Shown here piece after piece: positions 62,594 to 64,000 of a stretch of DNA of 64,000 nt. Under the pieces are notes generated by a model. The model saw only the letters and a list, made by a program, of their open reading frames with translations, was not told the origin of the DNA and did no database searches. The DNA is taken from assembly GCA_051362555.1 (NCBI GenBank), contig CM120642.1, positions 7,378,001 through 7,442,000 on the forward strand, read 5' to 3'. The translations under genes were made by a program, and so were the position numbers. Position 1 is the stretch's first letter; each line of letters begins with the position of its first letter. This DNA comes from Lingula anatina (lineage: Eukaryota; Animalia; Brachiopoda).

Positions 62594-63266
62594 TTGTGCT
62601 CACGGCACCCTTCACACGACTTCGTGATTTTCTCTATATCAGAATCAATGTTTGGCCACCACACCAGGCTTCTTGCCAGAGCCTTCATTTTCACAACTCC
62701 TACATGCCTAGCATGTTACTCCCTGAGAATATACCCTCTCAGTTTTGCTGGGATAACGACACGTATACCCCATAACAGACAACCGCTGTTCATCGACAGC
62801 TCTTCTCTACGAGTGTAAAATGGATACATTTCTCCGTCTTCTGGTTTCACGCACGCTTTCCATCCGTGCATTGTGTTTTCACATACACGTGCCATTATAG
62901 GGTCACGTCCGGTTTCCCTACGAACACAATCACTAGTAACCGGCAGGTTTTCAATTTGAAGCAAGTACAGCAAATCAGTGCTGTCATCTTCTGTCTCCAA
63001 CTAACCACCAGACATTGGTAGCCGAGACAAACAATCAGCGTTCCCATGACTACTTGTGTTTCTGTACACAATGTCATAATCATAATCAGACAAAAACAAT
63101 GCAAATCGCTGCATTCTTCCTGCCGTTGTGACTGACACACCCCTTTCTGGATGAAAAATTGACACCAAAGGTCGATGATCCGTCAACAACATGAAATGTC
63201 TGCCATAGAGGTATGTATGAAATTTCTTCACCCCCCACACTATAGCAAGAGCTTCACGATCTATTT

Positions 63267-64000
63267 CAGTCATATGGCAACTGGCTGAAAAACGTAACGT
63301 CATGGCGGTTATTTGAAACTTTTCAGCGAGTCCGCGTCACGAAGTAACGCCGTTTCTGGACATCTGCGATGGCTGACGTGAAAAACCGTACCTTGCAAAT
63401 AAAATACTTTTAAAAACAAACCAGGGATTTTTGAGTTGTGATTTTGTAAAGATAATAAGAAAAGTTCATGCTCTTACTCATGACATCAAAGGATTACTGA
63501 AACATCCATAAATTTAAATGAAATAAGTTCACGATTTTGAATTTTTGAAAAAAAAAAATCGATCCCAAAATGACTCTCGTAGGGGTTCATGATTGCTAGA
63601 AAAAAAGTTGCAAGCCTGATTTTTTTTTCATTTTTAGATATGAGTTAAAATATCATCCAAAGTTTATGATTTTGAAGGGAATAGTTTGCATACTCTCTAG
63701 TATGGTCACACGGTTCCCTAATCCAACATTCAACAAAAATTTTGAAAAAAATGGCACTTCTCGATACCTCTGCCAAACTATGAATTTTTTCTATCCAAAA
63801 ACCGTTTAAGGTTACATTTTTTATTCACATTTAATTGAAACTAACCTGAAATCGATGCTGAATCGCACACATCCAGTTTGAACTAGTTTCAGTGAGTATT
63901 TTTATGAACGACCTTCACCTATTCTTGATATGCATGATATGCAAAAGGCAACATGTGCTTGTGGATATGCATTTGGAAAGTTGGACCACTTTTGTATGAT
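63267..64000. mobile_element. Start of another non-coding insertion that cuts Gypsy RNase H
   Basis: pol similarity stops abruptly before IDREALA; AT-rich non-coding sequence starting cagtcatatggcaactgg follows. Confidence 0.5.

Larger units (their letters stand above)
43300..63266 (-). mobile_element. Degenerate Ty3/Gypsy LTR retrotransposon (pol RNase H and integrase), split by a 17.3-kb nest
   Basis: REALAIVWGVKKFHTYLYGRHF..TDHRPL, NADCLSR, HHCC zinc region, VVDAHSKW, SDNG, SNGLAERFV. The C-terminus rejoins across the nest as PRRNAGSPK|WLNDYVQFKY*. In-frame stops at about 63001 and 62716; first catalytic D reads Y. Confidence 0.9.

Overview
AT-rich, intron- and transposon-rich animal genomic DNA; the repeat types suggest a marine invertebrate, probably lophotrochozoan (inference). 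Two host genes converge tail-to-tail. (1) The last five coding exons of an adenylate cyclase 9-like gene on + (6815-10604). (2) A nine-exon, phase-consistent gene fragment on - (42263 to 18969, 1138 codons, 5' end outside the window). It reads Mask/ANKHD1-like charged coiled coil, split Roc GTPase, COR, Ser/Thr linker, death-fold-like domain, CARD, so it is an unusual ROCO protein. From 42285 to the end of the window is a Russian-doll transposon nest: Helentron-type repeat > LINE > Ty3/Gypsy > TIR element X (7-bp TSD) > TIR element Y (5-bp TSD) > second, inverted X (7-bp TSD) > Mutator-like element (9-bp TSD). The four inner layers are delimited by TSDs. The 8.2-kb Mutator-like element is organised like MuDR, with two convergent genes: an uninterrupted 1000-aa PHD + OTU-protease + MULE transposase, and an SGNH/GDSL hydrolase. 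A second, smaller nest lies inside a Roc-domain intron. Family assignments come from recalled motifs only; no database search was run.
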